The notes beneath the pieces were generated by a model. The model made no database searches. It saw only the letters and a list, made by a program, of their open reading frames with translations, and was not told the origin of the DNA. Both the position numbers and the translations under genes were made by a program. A stretch of 64,000 bases of DNA from Candidatus Melainabacteria bacterium (lineage in GTDB: Bacteria > Cyanobacteriota > Vampirovibrionia > 2-02-FULL-35-15): contig JACPSL010000011.1 of NCBI GenBank assembly GCA_016193285.1, forward strand, positions 22,645 to 86,644. The letters run 5' to 3'. Positions 50,123 to 59,244 of the stretch are shown piece by piece. Numbering within the stretch: the stretch's first letter is position 1; each line of letters starts with the position of its first letter.

Positions 50123-50647
50123 TTATATAGCTTTTTTATCTTTTTTATCGTTATTGTGCTGATCTATGTCTTTATCTTTGTTGATTGACCAGGTTAATAA
50201 TTGACGTCTCCACTCTAGGTCACCTTGTGCTTCTTTAACCAGCTCAATTAAACCCTTAAAGTCGCTAAACTTTAAATCAACAGAAATACCAATTTCTAGA
50301 TTTAACTGAATCCTTTCATGATTTGGTGAGCAAACTAAACAAGCAGCATGTTCAGGCCCATGTACTTCAATTAATGAATTTCTACTAGCTGACTTAGGAT
50401 CAACTGCCCAGTTAACAAAGCCCATTATTTCTGTACACTCGCTTGCATTAAGGAAAAGCCAGGCCATGGATTGATATAAAGATGTATTTAGGTATAGAAC
50501 TATTTCAGGGGATTTAAATTCTATGGCAACAGCACCTTCTTTTTTGTTTAGATATACACCTGCATATGAGTTGGTGAATGATATTTCTTCTTGTGTATTA
50601 ATCTTCATAAATTCCTCATTCTGTCTTTTTACAGCCCTTACTGGCAA
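50123..50647 (-). CDS. hypothetical protein
   Basis: 174-aa ORF. The likely true start is the internal Met (MKINTQ). Confidence 0.4.
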   Translation of the reverse strand: MPVRAVKRQNEEFMKINTQEEISFTNSYAGVYLNKKEGAVAIEFKSPEIVLYLNTSLYQSMAWLFLNASECTEIMGFVNWAVDPKSASRNSLIEVHGPEHAACLVCSPNHERIQLNLEIGISVDLKFSDFKGLIELVKEAQGDLEWRRQLLTWSINKDKDIDQHNNDKKDKKAI

Positions 50648-50781
50648 TATAGAATCCTATATGAAGGTTATGAAAAGGTTTTGAAAAGGTAGGGGTAATT
50701 ACCAGAGAAAGTTAAAATTTAAATAAATTATTTAAGGAAATAACAAGAAGGCTGGATAATATAGACTATGAGGAAATTAAA

Positions 50782-51342
50782 ATGACTAATGATAAAGAAA
50801 CTGCTGGGATACCCCTAACTAGTGAACCTTCAGGTGAAGTAGAAAGCACCCCTGAGATTTCCACAGAACAAGAGTTAGAAAAACTTCAAAAGAAACTAGA
50901 CGAATTAGGAAACCAATATCTTAGAGTTTTAGCAGATTACCAAAATCTTCAAAAGAGATCCTCGCAAGAAAAAGAAGAGCTGTATAAATATGCGGCAGAG
51001 AAAACTATAGAAATTCTTTTACCAGCACTTGATACTTTTGAATATGCTAGACAAACTATAAAACCTGACTCAAGTCCTGAAAAGATTTTAGAGGATTTTA
51101 GTCTAGTTTTTGAAATGTTATTAAAGTGTTTAAAAGATATTGGACTAGAACCAATTGAAGAAACAGGCATACCATTTGATCCTTTTTTACATGAGGTTCT
51201 TCATCAAATACCTACAAATGAACTGCCGGATCATACAGTAATGCAGATTTTAAAAAAAGGCTATAAGCTAAATAATAAAATTATTAGAGCTGCACTAGTT
51301 TCTGTGTCAGCGAAAAAAGAAAAAGAGGAAGAAATAAAATGA
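50782..51342 (+). CDS. grpE: nucleotide exchange factor GrpE
   Basis: Coiled-coil N-terminal half with [13 protein letters not shown] (GrpE ...F.N.RKR motif) and a C-terminal beta domain ([10 protein letters not shown]). Confidence 0.75.
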   Translation: MTNDKETAGIPLTSEPSGEVESTPEISTEQELEKLQKKLDELGNQYLRVLADYQNLQKRSSQEKEELYKYAAEKTIEILLPALDTFEYARQTIKPDSSPEKILEDFSLVFEMLLKCLKDIGLEPIEETGIPFDPFLHEVLHQIPTNELPDHTVMQILKKGYKLNNKIIRAALVSVSAKKEKEEEIK

Positions 51343-51860
51343 TTGGTTTTACATTGTGGTTTACTGGTTTATCTGGTGCTGGTAAATCAACTATTGCAAA
51401 TATCTTAGAAAATAAATTTAAGAAAATGGGGTTGAAGGTAGAAGTACTTGATGGTGATGTGGTAAGAACACATCTAAGCAAAGGACTTGGTTTTAGTAAA
51501 GAAGATAGGGATGCAAATATTAGAAGAATTGGTTATGTAGCAAGCTTGCTTTCAAGAAATGGTGTTATTGCAATTACTGCTGCAATTTCTCCATACAGAG
51601 AAATTAGAAATGAAGCAAGAGAAATGCATGAGAATTTTGTTGAAGTTTATACAAAGTGTCCTCTTGAAGTTGTAGAAAAAAGAGATATTAAAGGACTTTA
51701 TAAAAAAGCACGTAATGGTGAGATTGCTCAATTTACTGGTATATCTGATCCATATGAAGAACCAATAAGTCCAGAGGTAATTGTAGAAACAGACAAACAG
51801 TCACCTGAAGAAAGTGCAGATAAAATATTAAGCTGGCTGGAAAAGAATGGACATATATGA
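51339..51860 (+). CDS. cysC: adenylyl-sulfate kinase
   Basis: [19 protein letters not shown]-loop. 173 aa. Confidence 0.85.
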   Translation: MIGFTLWFTGLSGAGKSTIANILENKFKKMGLKVEVLDGDVVRTHLSKGLGFSKEDRDANIRRIGYVASLLSRNGVIAITAAISPYREIRNEAREMHENFVEVYTKCPLEVVEKRDIKGLYKKARNGEIAQFTGISDPYEEPISPEVIVETDKQSPEESADKILSWLEKNGHI

Positions 51861-52912
51861 GTAAGGTTACAAGGTTGCAAGGTTGCAAGGTTACAAGGAT
51901 AATGTTCTTCCTTGTCTCCTTGCTTCCTTGCTTTTTTACCTTCTTACCTCCTTCTTTTGCTGAAGACAAATCTCCAGTTAGGCCAAAAATCGGACTTGCT
52001 CTTGGTGGGGGTGGCTCTCGTGGAGCAGCTCATATTGGGGTGTTGAAGGTTTTAGAAAGAGAAAATATTCCAGTTGATTACTTAGTAGGTACAAGTGCAG
52101 GAGCTTTAATAGCTGCATTGTATTCAGGCGGGGTTTGTCCTCGTGAATTAGAAAAATATGTTTTATCTGGTGCAATTAGTAAGGTTTATAAATCAGATTT
52201 TTCACTGCTTAGGGGATTATTTATTTATATTAACAGAACATGGCGAACATTTATTGGCAAGCCTTTTTATGCAGGATTATACAATGATCATAGATTACAT
52301 AATTTTGTAAATAATGCTATTTCAAAAAGTGACGGAACAATTGATCTGGTTATACCTTTGCATGTCATTGCCGTAGATTTAATTAGTGGGCTTCCTGTGG
52401 TTATTAAGTCAGGTGATATTGGTTTAGCTGTACAGGCCAGTACTGCAATCCCTGCCTTACGCCAACCAATAGTAATTAATGAGCAACTACTCGTTGATGG
52501 TGCAGTTTTAAAAAATATTCCAATTGAAGAAGTAAAAAAAATGGGTGCAAATTTAATAATAGCAGTAGATGTAGATACTAAAATGGAGACCTTGAACAAA
52601 GAAGATTTTAGATCATTTGAATCAGTTTTAACAAGGGCAATAAGTCTTGGATTAAGAGCTCAATCAGAAAGCATTCTAAGTAAGGCAGATGTTGTAATAA
52701 ATCCTGATTTAACAGGGATTGGTATTTTAGATTTGGACAAAAAAAGCTTAGCAAAAGCAATTAAAGCAGGTGAAGAAGAAACGATAAAATTAATTCCTAA
52801 AATAAAAAGAAAAATTGAAGAAAAAAATTATGCTTTAAGAACAGCATATCAAGATTCTTCGTCATTATCTTCTTTCTCATCAGGCATGATGTTTCTAAAG
52901 ACTATTAAGTAA
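51857..52912 (+). CDS. patatin-like phospholipase
   Basis: [18 protein letters not shown] oxyanion motif, GTSAGA nucleophile elbow and a DGA catalytic Asp. The N-terminus is encoded by an octamer repeat. Confidence 0.8.
   Translation: MSKVTRLQGCKVTRIMFFLVSLLPCFFTFLPPSFAEDKSPVRPKIGLALGGGGSRGAAHIGVLKVLERENIPVDYLVGTSAGALIAALYSGGVCPRELEKYVLSGAISKVYKSDFSLLRGLFIYINRTWRTFIGKPFYAGLYNDHRLHNFVNNAISKSDGTIDLVIPLHVIAVDLISGLPVVIKSGDIGLAVQASTAIPALRQPIVINEQLLVDGAVLKNIPIEEVKKMGANLIIAVDVDTKMETLNKEDFRSFESVLTRAISLGLRAQSESILSKADVVINPDLTGIGILDLDKKSLAKAIKAGEEETIKLIPKIKRKIEEKNYALRTAYQDSSSLSSFSSGMMFLKTIK
51863..51898. repeat. octanucleotide tandem repeat (aaggttac/aaggttgc x4.5) in the first codons of the patatin gene
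   Basis: Direct reading. It encodes [12 protein letters not shown]. Confidence 0.85.
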
Positions 52913-52976
52913 AGTGTAAAAATAATTGTAAGAATTAAAAATGCAACTCCTGCACCAAGAAGTAGCTCAGAATTAA

Positions 52977-53963
52977 TCATGTTGTTCTAACTCTTCTTCT
53001 TTTAGCAATTTCTCTCCACCAGACTAAAAGTGCACTAGCTACAAATATACTTGAATAAGTACCTGATGCTATTCCTAAAAACATTGCACCAACAAACATT
53101 TTTGTAGTTTCACCACCAAGTAAAAATAAAGTACCGAGTGTAATTAGTGTAGTTAGTGATGTATTTATGCTTCGAACTAAAGTTTGGTTTATACTATCGT
53201 TTGCAATTTCACCAAATGTTTTATTTTTACTTAAGTATTTGGAATTTTCCCTAATCCTGTCAAAAACAACAATTGTGTCATGAACTGAAAAGCCAATTAC
53301 AGTAAGTGCTGCAGTAATAAATAAGCTATCAATCTCAAGTCCCCAAATTAAACTAAAAATTGCAAAAAGACCAATTAATATAAACACATCATGAAGAAGT
53401 GCAATTATTGCACAAAGTGCATAGTCTCTTTTAAACCTATAGGTAATATATAAGACAATTCCAACACAAGTAAAAAGTAAGGCAAGTAAACCAGATGTAA
53501 GCAGTTCAGGACCAATTAATGGGCTTACTGAATCTATTGATAAAATCTCAAAGTTGCCAAATGATTGTCTTAAATCTTCATCTAATTTTTCTTTTTGGCT
53601 AGCTCTCTTTTGAGTAGATTTTCTTTCTTTAATTGCTTTTGATCTAATAATAACTATCTGAGAACCATCAAGAGCTTGTTTTGAGACCTGGATACTGCTT
53701 CCACCAAGTTTATTACGGTCTACAATTTTTCTGGTTTCTTCAAGTCTAATTTCATGCGGGAATTTATATTCCAGCTTTGTTCCACCTGTAAAATCAAGTC
53801 CAAGTTTTATTGGAGAGCCAAACTTGCTTATGCAAATTCCAGCTGCAATTAATCCTGGAATTAAAATAGCAAGTGAAAACCCAAACCAAAACCAGCGGTA
53901 TTTAACAATATCTACTTTCATTTTTTCATAAAAAGTATAGCGTACCTCGTTATAGTATTTCAT
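52977..53963 (-). CDS. secF: protein translocase subunit SecF
   Basis: LGLDFTGGTKLEYKF and a 6-TM SecD/F C-terminal region. 328 aa. Confidence 0.8.
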   Translation of the reverse strand: MKYYNEVRYTFYEKMKVDIVKYRWFWFGFSLAILIPGLIAAGICISKFGSPIKLGLDFTGGTKLEYKFPHEIRLEETRKIVDRNKLGGSSIQVSKQALDGSQIVIIRSKAIKERKSTQKRASQKEKLDEDLRQSFGNFEILSIDSVSPLIGPELLTSGLLALLFTCVGIVLYITYRFKRDYALCAIIALLHDVFILIGLFAIFSLIWGLEIDSLFITAALTVIGFSVHDTIVVFDRIRENSKYLSKNKTFGEIANDSINQTLVRSINTSLTTLITLGTLFLLGGETTKMFVGAMFLGIASGTYSSIFVASALLVWWREIAKRRRVRTT

Positions 53964-53980
53964 ATAATGTTATATGTTAG

Positions 53981-54008
53981 GTAGAGACACACGGCCGTGT
54001 GTCTCTAC
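53981..54008. promoter_or_regulatory. perfect 28-bp palindrome gtagagacacacgg|ccgtgtgtctctac in the secF/yebC divergent intergenic region
   Basis: Direct reading. The left 14 nt are the exact reverse complement of the right 14 nt. GC-rich island in AT-rich DNA. Lies 18 nt upstream of the secF start and 28 nt upstream of the yebC start. Confidence 0.6.
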
Positions 54009-54035
54009 AGAGAATAAACGACGAGATACAAACAA

Positions 54036-54794
54036 ATGTCCGGTCATTCTAAATGGGCACAAATTAAACGTAAAAAGGCAGTAACTGATGCTAAACGCGG
54101 GGCTGTTTTTTCAAAAATTGCAAAAGAGATCATGGTTGCAAGCAAACTAGGAGGGAAAGACCCAAATAGTAACTTTCGTTTGAGGTTTGCAATTGAAAAA
54201 GCAAAAGCAAATCTACTACCACAAGAAAATATAAAACGTGCAATTGAAAAAGGAGCTGGTGTAGATGAAGGTGCTTTAAGTATGGAAGAAGTAATTTATG
54301 AAGGTTATGGACCAGGTGGTGCTGCAATTTTAATTTTATGTACCACGGATAATAAAAATAGGACCGTAGCTGATTTGAGAAGTTATTTTACAAGATATGA
54401 GGGGAAACTTGCTACGAGTGGAGCAGTAAGCTGGATGTTTGAAAAGCGTGGAGAAATTAAAATCCCATGTTCTTCCAATCTCCAAGATGAAATCTATAAA
54501 CTTGCAATTGAAGTTGGTGCAGAAGACATTGATTTACTAGACAGTGAATTTGCAACAATCATTACAAAGCCTGAAGAGCTTGAAAAAGTACAAAAAAATA
54601 TTCTTGCAAAAGAAATAAAACTACAAGAAACACAAATTGTATACCATCCTAAAAAGCATGTAGAAATAAATGATCCTAAGGCTGCAAAAAATCTAATCAC
54701 ATTGCTTGAATTAATAGAAGAACATGATGATGTGCAAGAAGTTTATTCTAACTTTGACATAAGAGATGAGATATTAAATGCAAACACATACTAA
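54036..54794 (+). CDS. yebC: YebC/PmpR family DNA-binding transcriptional regulator
   Basis: MSGHSKWAQIKRKKAVTDAKRG N-terminus. 252 aa. Confidence 0.85.
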   Translation: MSGHSKWAQIKRKKAVTDAKRGAVFSKIAKEIMVASKLGGKDPNSNFRLRFAIEKAKANLLPQENIKRAIEKGAGVDEGALSMEEVIYEGYGPGGAAILILCTTDNKNRTVADLRSYFTRYEGKLATSGAVSWMFEKRGEIKIPCSSNLQDEIYKLAIEVGAEDIDLLDSEFATIITKPEELEKVQKNILAKEIKLQETQIVYHPKKHVEINDPKAAKNLITLLELIEEHDDVQEVYSNFDIRDEILNANTY

Positions 54795-56004
54795 AGAAGA
54801 AATAAATTATTTTATAAAAAATTTAAATACTTTTAGCCAAGATAAAATCACCAAGTGGTTAAAAGAAGTAAAAGAAAACGGATTAACTAATGAAGAAACT
54901 ACTTCTCTCACATTAGCAATGGTAAACTCTGGTGAGACTTTAAACTGGGAAGGCCTGGAACCTACTATTGATAAGCATAGTACTGGTGGTATTGGTGATA
55001 AAGTAACGCTGCTTTTTGCACCATTGGTAGCAGCTTGTGGAATTAATGTACCTAAATTATCTGGGAGAGCTTTAGGGATTACAGGTGGAACAATTGATAA
55101 ATTAGAATCAATTCCTAGTTTTAGAACTAACTTACAAATTGATGAAATAAAAAATCAAGTAAAAAAAATTGGACTTGCAATTTCAAGTGCAAGTGCTAAT
55201 TTAGCCCCTGCAGATAAAAAACTTTATGCAATTAGAGATGTAACAAATACCGTTGATTCCATACCTCTTATTGCATCTTCTATTATGAGTAAAAAAATTG
55301 CAGGTGGTTCAAAAAATATAATCTTAGACGTAAAGTTTGGCTCTGGTGCATTTATGAAGTCATTTCATGATGCAAAATTGCTAGCACGGGCCATGGTTAA
55401 TATTGGTCAGAATCTAGGTAGGAATGTAAAAGCTATTATTTCAGATATGGATCAACCTTTAGGCTATGCTATTGGAAATGCTCTTGAAGTTAAAGAAGTT
55501 ATTGATGTTTTGTCTGGTAAAGAAGTAACTGATTTAGTTGAGATTGTAATTTCTCTTGCAAAGTGTATAGATTTTGCTCCTATGGCAGACAGTGATTTAA
55601 AAGAAATATTATTAGGCGGGAAAGCATTAAGAAAATTTAAAGAAATGGTTATTGCTCAAGATGGAGATTTAAAATTATTTTCAAATTCAAATAAGGCAAA
55701 GCACATTGAAGTTGTAAAAAGTGAACGAGATGGTTATGTACATAAAATAGATGCATTAAGTGTTGGAAAGACTGTTCATACTTTAGGTGCAGGTAGAAAA
55801 AAAGTAAGTGATAGTATAGATCATTCAGTTGGTATATTGTTTTTTAAAAAGTATGGAGACAAAGTAAAAAATGGTGAAGTGTTGTTTGAAGTACATTCAA
55901 AAAACAAAGAAGATGCAGAAAGTGCAAAAAAAACTTTAACCAACTCTGTATTAATTAAACAAGAAAAGCCACAAGAATTAAAATTAATTCATGATATTAT
56001 TTAG
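54778..56004 (+). CDS. pyrimidine-nucleoside (thymidine) phosphorylase
   Basis: DKHSTGGIGDKVTL phosphate-binding motif. 408 aa with a C-terminal alpha/beta domain. Confidence 0.8.
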   Translation: MQTHTKEEINYFIKNLNTFSQDKITKWLKEVKENGLTNEETTSLTLAMVNSGETLNWEGLEPTIDKHSTGGIGDKVTLLFAPLVAACGINVPKLSGRALGITGGTIDKLESIPSFRTNLQIDEIKNQVKKIGLAISSASANLAPADKKLYAIRDVTNTVDSIPLIASSIMSKKIAGGSKNIILDVKFGSGAFMKSFHDAKLLARAMVNIGQNLGRNVKAIISDMDQPLGYAIGNALEVKEVIDVLSGKEVTDLVEIVISLAKCIDFAPMADSDLKEILLGGKALRKFKEMVIAQDGDLKLFSNSNKAKHIEVVKSERDGYVHKIDALSVGKTVHTLGAGRKKVSDSIDHSVGILFFKKYGDKVKNGEVLFEVHSKNKEDAESAKKTLTNSVLIKQEKPQELKLIHDII

Positions 56005-56006
56005 GC

Positions 56007-56603
56007 ATGAGTATAAATAACTTAAATATTGAACAAAATATTCCACAAGATGAACCTAAAATTAGTTTTTTAGAAACTTTTTATGGAGTTTTGTTTTGCC
56101 CAAACAAAGTCTTTTGTGAGCTATATGATGAAGATACTTTTACAGTTTTAGTTTATGGTGTTCTTGCTGTATTTTTGTCTAATCTAGGTAAAGTTGGATC
56201 AGGTAGTGCAAACATCCTAAATATCGTCGGGACTGAAATAATTGGTTTTGTAAGCTGGTTTTTTGTTGGTCTTTTAATATTTTTCTTTAGTACAGTTTTT
56301 AAAACACCAAATAATAGTTTTTTAAGGCTCTTAGGATTTACAGGCTTGTCAAGCATACCATTTTTACTTCTTGCCCCTGTTTCTTTAATAAGTAATTTTA
56401 ATCTTACAATTTATACTGCTTGTGAAGTGTTAGTAAGTCTTTGGACTTTTATTTTGTTTTGGATTAGTCTTGCAAAAAGCTTTCAGCTTGAAGCCTGGAG
56501 AGTTTTTCTTATGGCAATAATTCCTTTTTTATTAGGGCTCTTCTTATTTACATACTTGATTGCAAACATTTTAGGGATGTTTTTCTCAATGAGCCCTATC
56601 TAA
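56007..56603 (+). CDS. Yip1-domain-like membrane protein
   Basis: 198 aa with five hydrophobic segments after a soluble N-terminus. Confidence 0.4.
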   Translation: MSINNLNIEQNIPQDEPKISFLETFYGVLFCPNKVFCELYDEDTFTVLVYGVLAVFLSNLGKVGSGSANILNIVGTEIIGFVSWFFVGLLIFFFSTVFKTPNNSFLRLLGFTGLSSIPFLLLAPVSLISNFNLTIYTACEVLVSLWTFILFWISLAKSFQLEAWRVFLMAIIPFLLGLFLFTYLIANILGMFFSMSPI

Positions 56604-58476
56604 CAGATAATACTTCTTCTTTATTCTTTTCAGTAACCTTGATTTTTTCTTGTGCTAGTGTAATTTCAAAAGCAGTGCCAACACCACTTGGATTAGTTAA
56701 GTATTGAATATTTGCTCCAATTAAATCTGCTCTTTCTTTCATGTCAACAAGCCCAAAGCCACTTTTTGGTTTTTTGTTTAATCCACTTAAATTAAAACCA
56801 ATTCCGTTGTCTCTTATGAGAATTAATATTTGCCCTGGTTGTTCTTTAATTGATACTTCTACCTTTGTAGCATGGGAATGTTTAAAAACATTGTTTAGTG
56901 CTTCTTGAATGATTCTATAAAGATGTATCTCATTAGCTTCAATAAGTTTTAATTTTGAAATTGAGGTAGCTAATTTTGTCTGAATCTTATGATTGGATCT
57001 TCTTGAAAGTTCATCTAAGAGATTTTCAATTGCTGGAATTAAACCCATTGCATTGTCTAACATTGAAGGTCTAAGAGCATTTATTGTCCTTCTAATTTCA
57101 GAAGTAACATTATCGAGTGTATTAATTGATACTCCAAGTTCTTTTTTCATGTTTATAGGCAGGTCCTGTAGTAACATTGATTCTAAGTATCTTCTTAAGT
57201 CAGTAATTCTAGCTAGCGAGTCATCATGGAGTTCTCTAGCAATTCTTCTTCTCTCATCTTCACTTTTGGTAGAAAGTTGTTTTCTTACTTCTTTTAACTC
57301 TTTTACTCTGTTACTTAACATTATAAGAGCTTCTTCTAGTTCTATATTTTGCTCTTGTAAGTTTATTTGTAAAAAAATTAGTGAACCAATAATCAAATTT
57401 CCTAAAACAAGAAATAAAAGAGGAATAAGTTCTATAACAAGCTTGTAATGAGTATAAGAAATCTGGCTAAAGATTATTATGCTTACAAAAAGTAACACAC
57501 CAAGAAACACTCTTTTAGTTGTAGGCAGATTACTAAAAAGTAAACCAAGAAACAAACTTAAAGCAATAAATAAAATTGGATATTCAATGAGGCTGAATTT
57601 ATGAAGGTAGAGGTTATATAAAAGATTTGAGAGTGCTATAGCTTGAACCTCGCTATCAGATAAAAGTGTGTTTTTGTCAAAGGGGCTATAAAGCTGATCT
57701 CTAGTTAATTTGCTTTTTGAACCTATACCCAGGATAATTATTTTATCTTTTAGTAATAACGGGCTGATTTTTCCTTGGGCAAAATCAATTAATGAATACT
57801 TCACGAAAAATTTTACCAAGTATCTTAAGTAAAATTCATTTTTTGCTTTTAAAGTTTGATCAACATCTTTTCTTGTAGATATTTTAAATAAAGCATAGGA
57901 AAAAGCTTGAATATCTCCAAAACTTTTGTCAATTAACTTTATTTTATGTACAGTTTTGTCGTAGTCAGCAAATAATTCTCCATATCCTATTCCAGATGCT
58001 TTTTTTAAGATAGTGCTTGCTATATGTGGAAGTGGTGAATTTATTGAATCTGCAATTACAATGTTTTTAAATTTTGCAATTGTCTTTGCTAGATTTTCAT
58101 CTGCTAGATTACCTGATGGACTGCTTAAGTTTAAGTTTATTCCTATTGACTTGACGTTACTTTTCTCAAGTTTTTCAATAATTAGTCTAATTAAATCTCT
58201 TCCTTTTCTTTCAAAATCTTTTATTGGCATCCCATTTTGCCTAAGTAAAAATTGAGTTTTATCATCAAAAAGTAAAACAACAATTTGTTTCGTAGGAGTA
58301 GGTTCTAATGCTACTTTACTTGAAATATTTCTACCGTTAATTGTTTCAAGTTCCAGCGGCCACCACAATTTTTTGTCTACGTTTAGTACAATAATTGCGA
58401 GAATTAATCCAAGTGCAAGACCAAGTAATCCTTTTCTTGGAAGAAATCTTTTTATATTTTTTATTTCTGTTGCCAT
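56596..58476 (-). CDS. sensor histidine kinase with CHASE2-like periplasmic domain (HisKA_3 + HATPase_c), no cognate regulator adjacent
   Basis: One N-terminal TM, ~270-aa extracytoplasmic region, three TM helices, then RIARELHDDSLARITDL (HisKA_3 His box) and G-boxes DNGIGF / GFGLVDM. Confidence 0.7.
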   Translation of the reverse strand: MATEIKNIKRFLPRKGLLGLALGLILAIIVLNVDKKLWWPLELETINGRNISSKVALEPTPTKQIVVLLFDDKTQFLLRQNGMPIKDFERKGRDLIRLIIEKLEKSNVKSIGINLNLSSPSGNLADENLAKTIAKFKNIVIADSINSPLPHIASTILKKASGIGYGELFADYDKTVHKIKLIDKSFGDIQAFSYALFKISTRKDVDQTLKAKNEFYLRYLVKFFVKYSLIDFAQGKISPLLLKDKIIILGIGSKSKLTRDQLYSPFDKNTLLSDSEVQAIALSNLLYNLYLHKFSLIEYPILFIALSLFLGLLFSNLPTTKRVFLGVLLFVSIIIFSQISYTHYKLVIELIPLLFLVLGNLIIGSLIFLQINLQEQNIELEEALIMLSNRVKELKEVRKQLSTKSEDERRRIARELHDDSLARITDLRRYLESMLLQDLPINMKKELGVSINTLDNVTSEIRRTINALRPSMLDNAMGLIPAIENLLDELSRRSNHKIQTKLATSISKLKLIEANEIHLYRIIQEALNNVFKHSHATKVEVSIKEQPGQILILIRDNGIGFNLSGLNKKPKSGFGLVDMKERADLIGANIQYLTNPSGVGTAFEITLAQEKIKVTEKNKEEVLSVR

Positions 58477-59242
58477 GACTTTTATAGATTCACACTCTCA
58501 CTTAACACTTGATGATTTTAATCACGACAGAGATGAAGTTATTCAACAAGCATTTTCTAATGGTGTTACACATATTGTCCAGTCTTGCGACAATCTTGAA
58601 GAGATTAAAACAAACTTAATTTTAACAAGGAAGTATACCAACCTGTACACAAGTGTTGGGATTCATCCTCATGAGGCTAAAGCTTGGGGGGATGTAAGCT
58701 ATGACACAATTATTCAATATTCAAAAGAAAAAAAAGTAGTAGCAATTGGTGAGACAGGACTAGATTTTTATTACAACTTAAGCCCTAAAGATGTACAACT
58801 ATATGCTTTTAAAAGACAAATTAAAATTGCAAAAGAAGTTTCACTGCCACTTATAATTCATTGCAGAGATGCTTTTAAAGAAGTGATAGAAATCTTAAAA
58901 GAAGAAAAACAAGAAGGAGCTTGTGTTTTTCACTGTTATACAGGAGATCTTGATACTGCTAAGGAAGCACTTAAGCTTGGTTTTTATATTTCTTTTTCAG
59001 GAATACTAACTTTTAAAGGTGCACAAGATTTAAAACTAGTTGCAAAAGAAATACCACTAAAGAGTACTTTAATTGAAACAGATTGTCCTTTTTTAACTCC
59101 AGTTCCTTATAGAGGTAAAAGAAACGAGCCAAAATATGTAAGGTTTGTAGCAGAAGAACTTGCAAGGATTCATAATGTAAGTGTAGAAGAAGTAGGAGAA
59201 ATTACCTCAGAAAATACAAAAAAATTATTTGATATAAGGTAA
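58475..59242 (+). CDS. TatD family hydrolase
   Basis: MTFIDSHSHL start, then GETGLDFYY and HCRDAF motifs. The ORF track extends upstream, but the canonical start is the Met at 58475. Confidence 0.75.
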   Translation: MTFIDSHSHLTLDDFNHDRDEVIQQAFSNGVTHIVQSCDNLEEIKTNLILTRKYTNLYTSVGIHPHEAKAWGDVSYDTIIQYSKEKKVVAIGETGLDFYYNLSPKDVQLYAFKRQIKIAKEVSLPLIIHCRDAFKEVIEILKEEKQEGACVFHCYTGDLDTAKEALKLGFYISFSGILTFKGAQDLKLVAKEIPLKSTLIETDCPFLTPVPYRGKRNEPKYVRFVAEELARIHNVSVEEVGEITSENTKKLFDIR

Positions 59243-59244
59243 AA

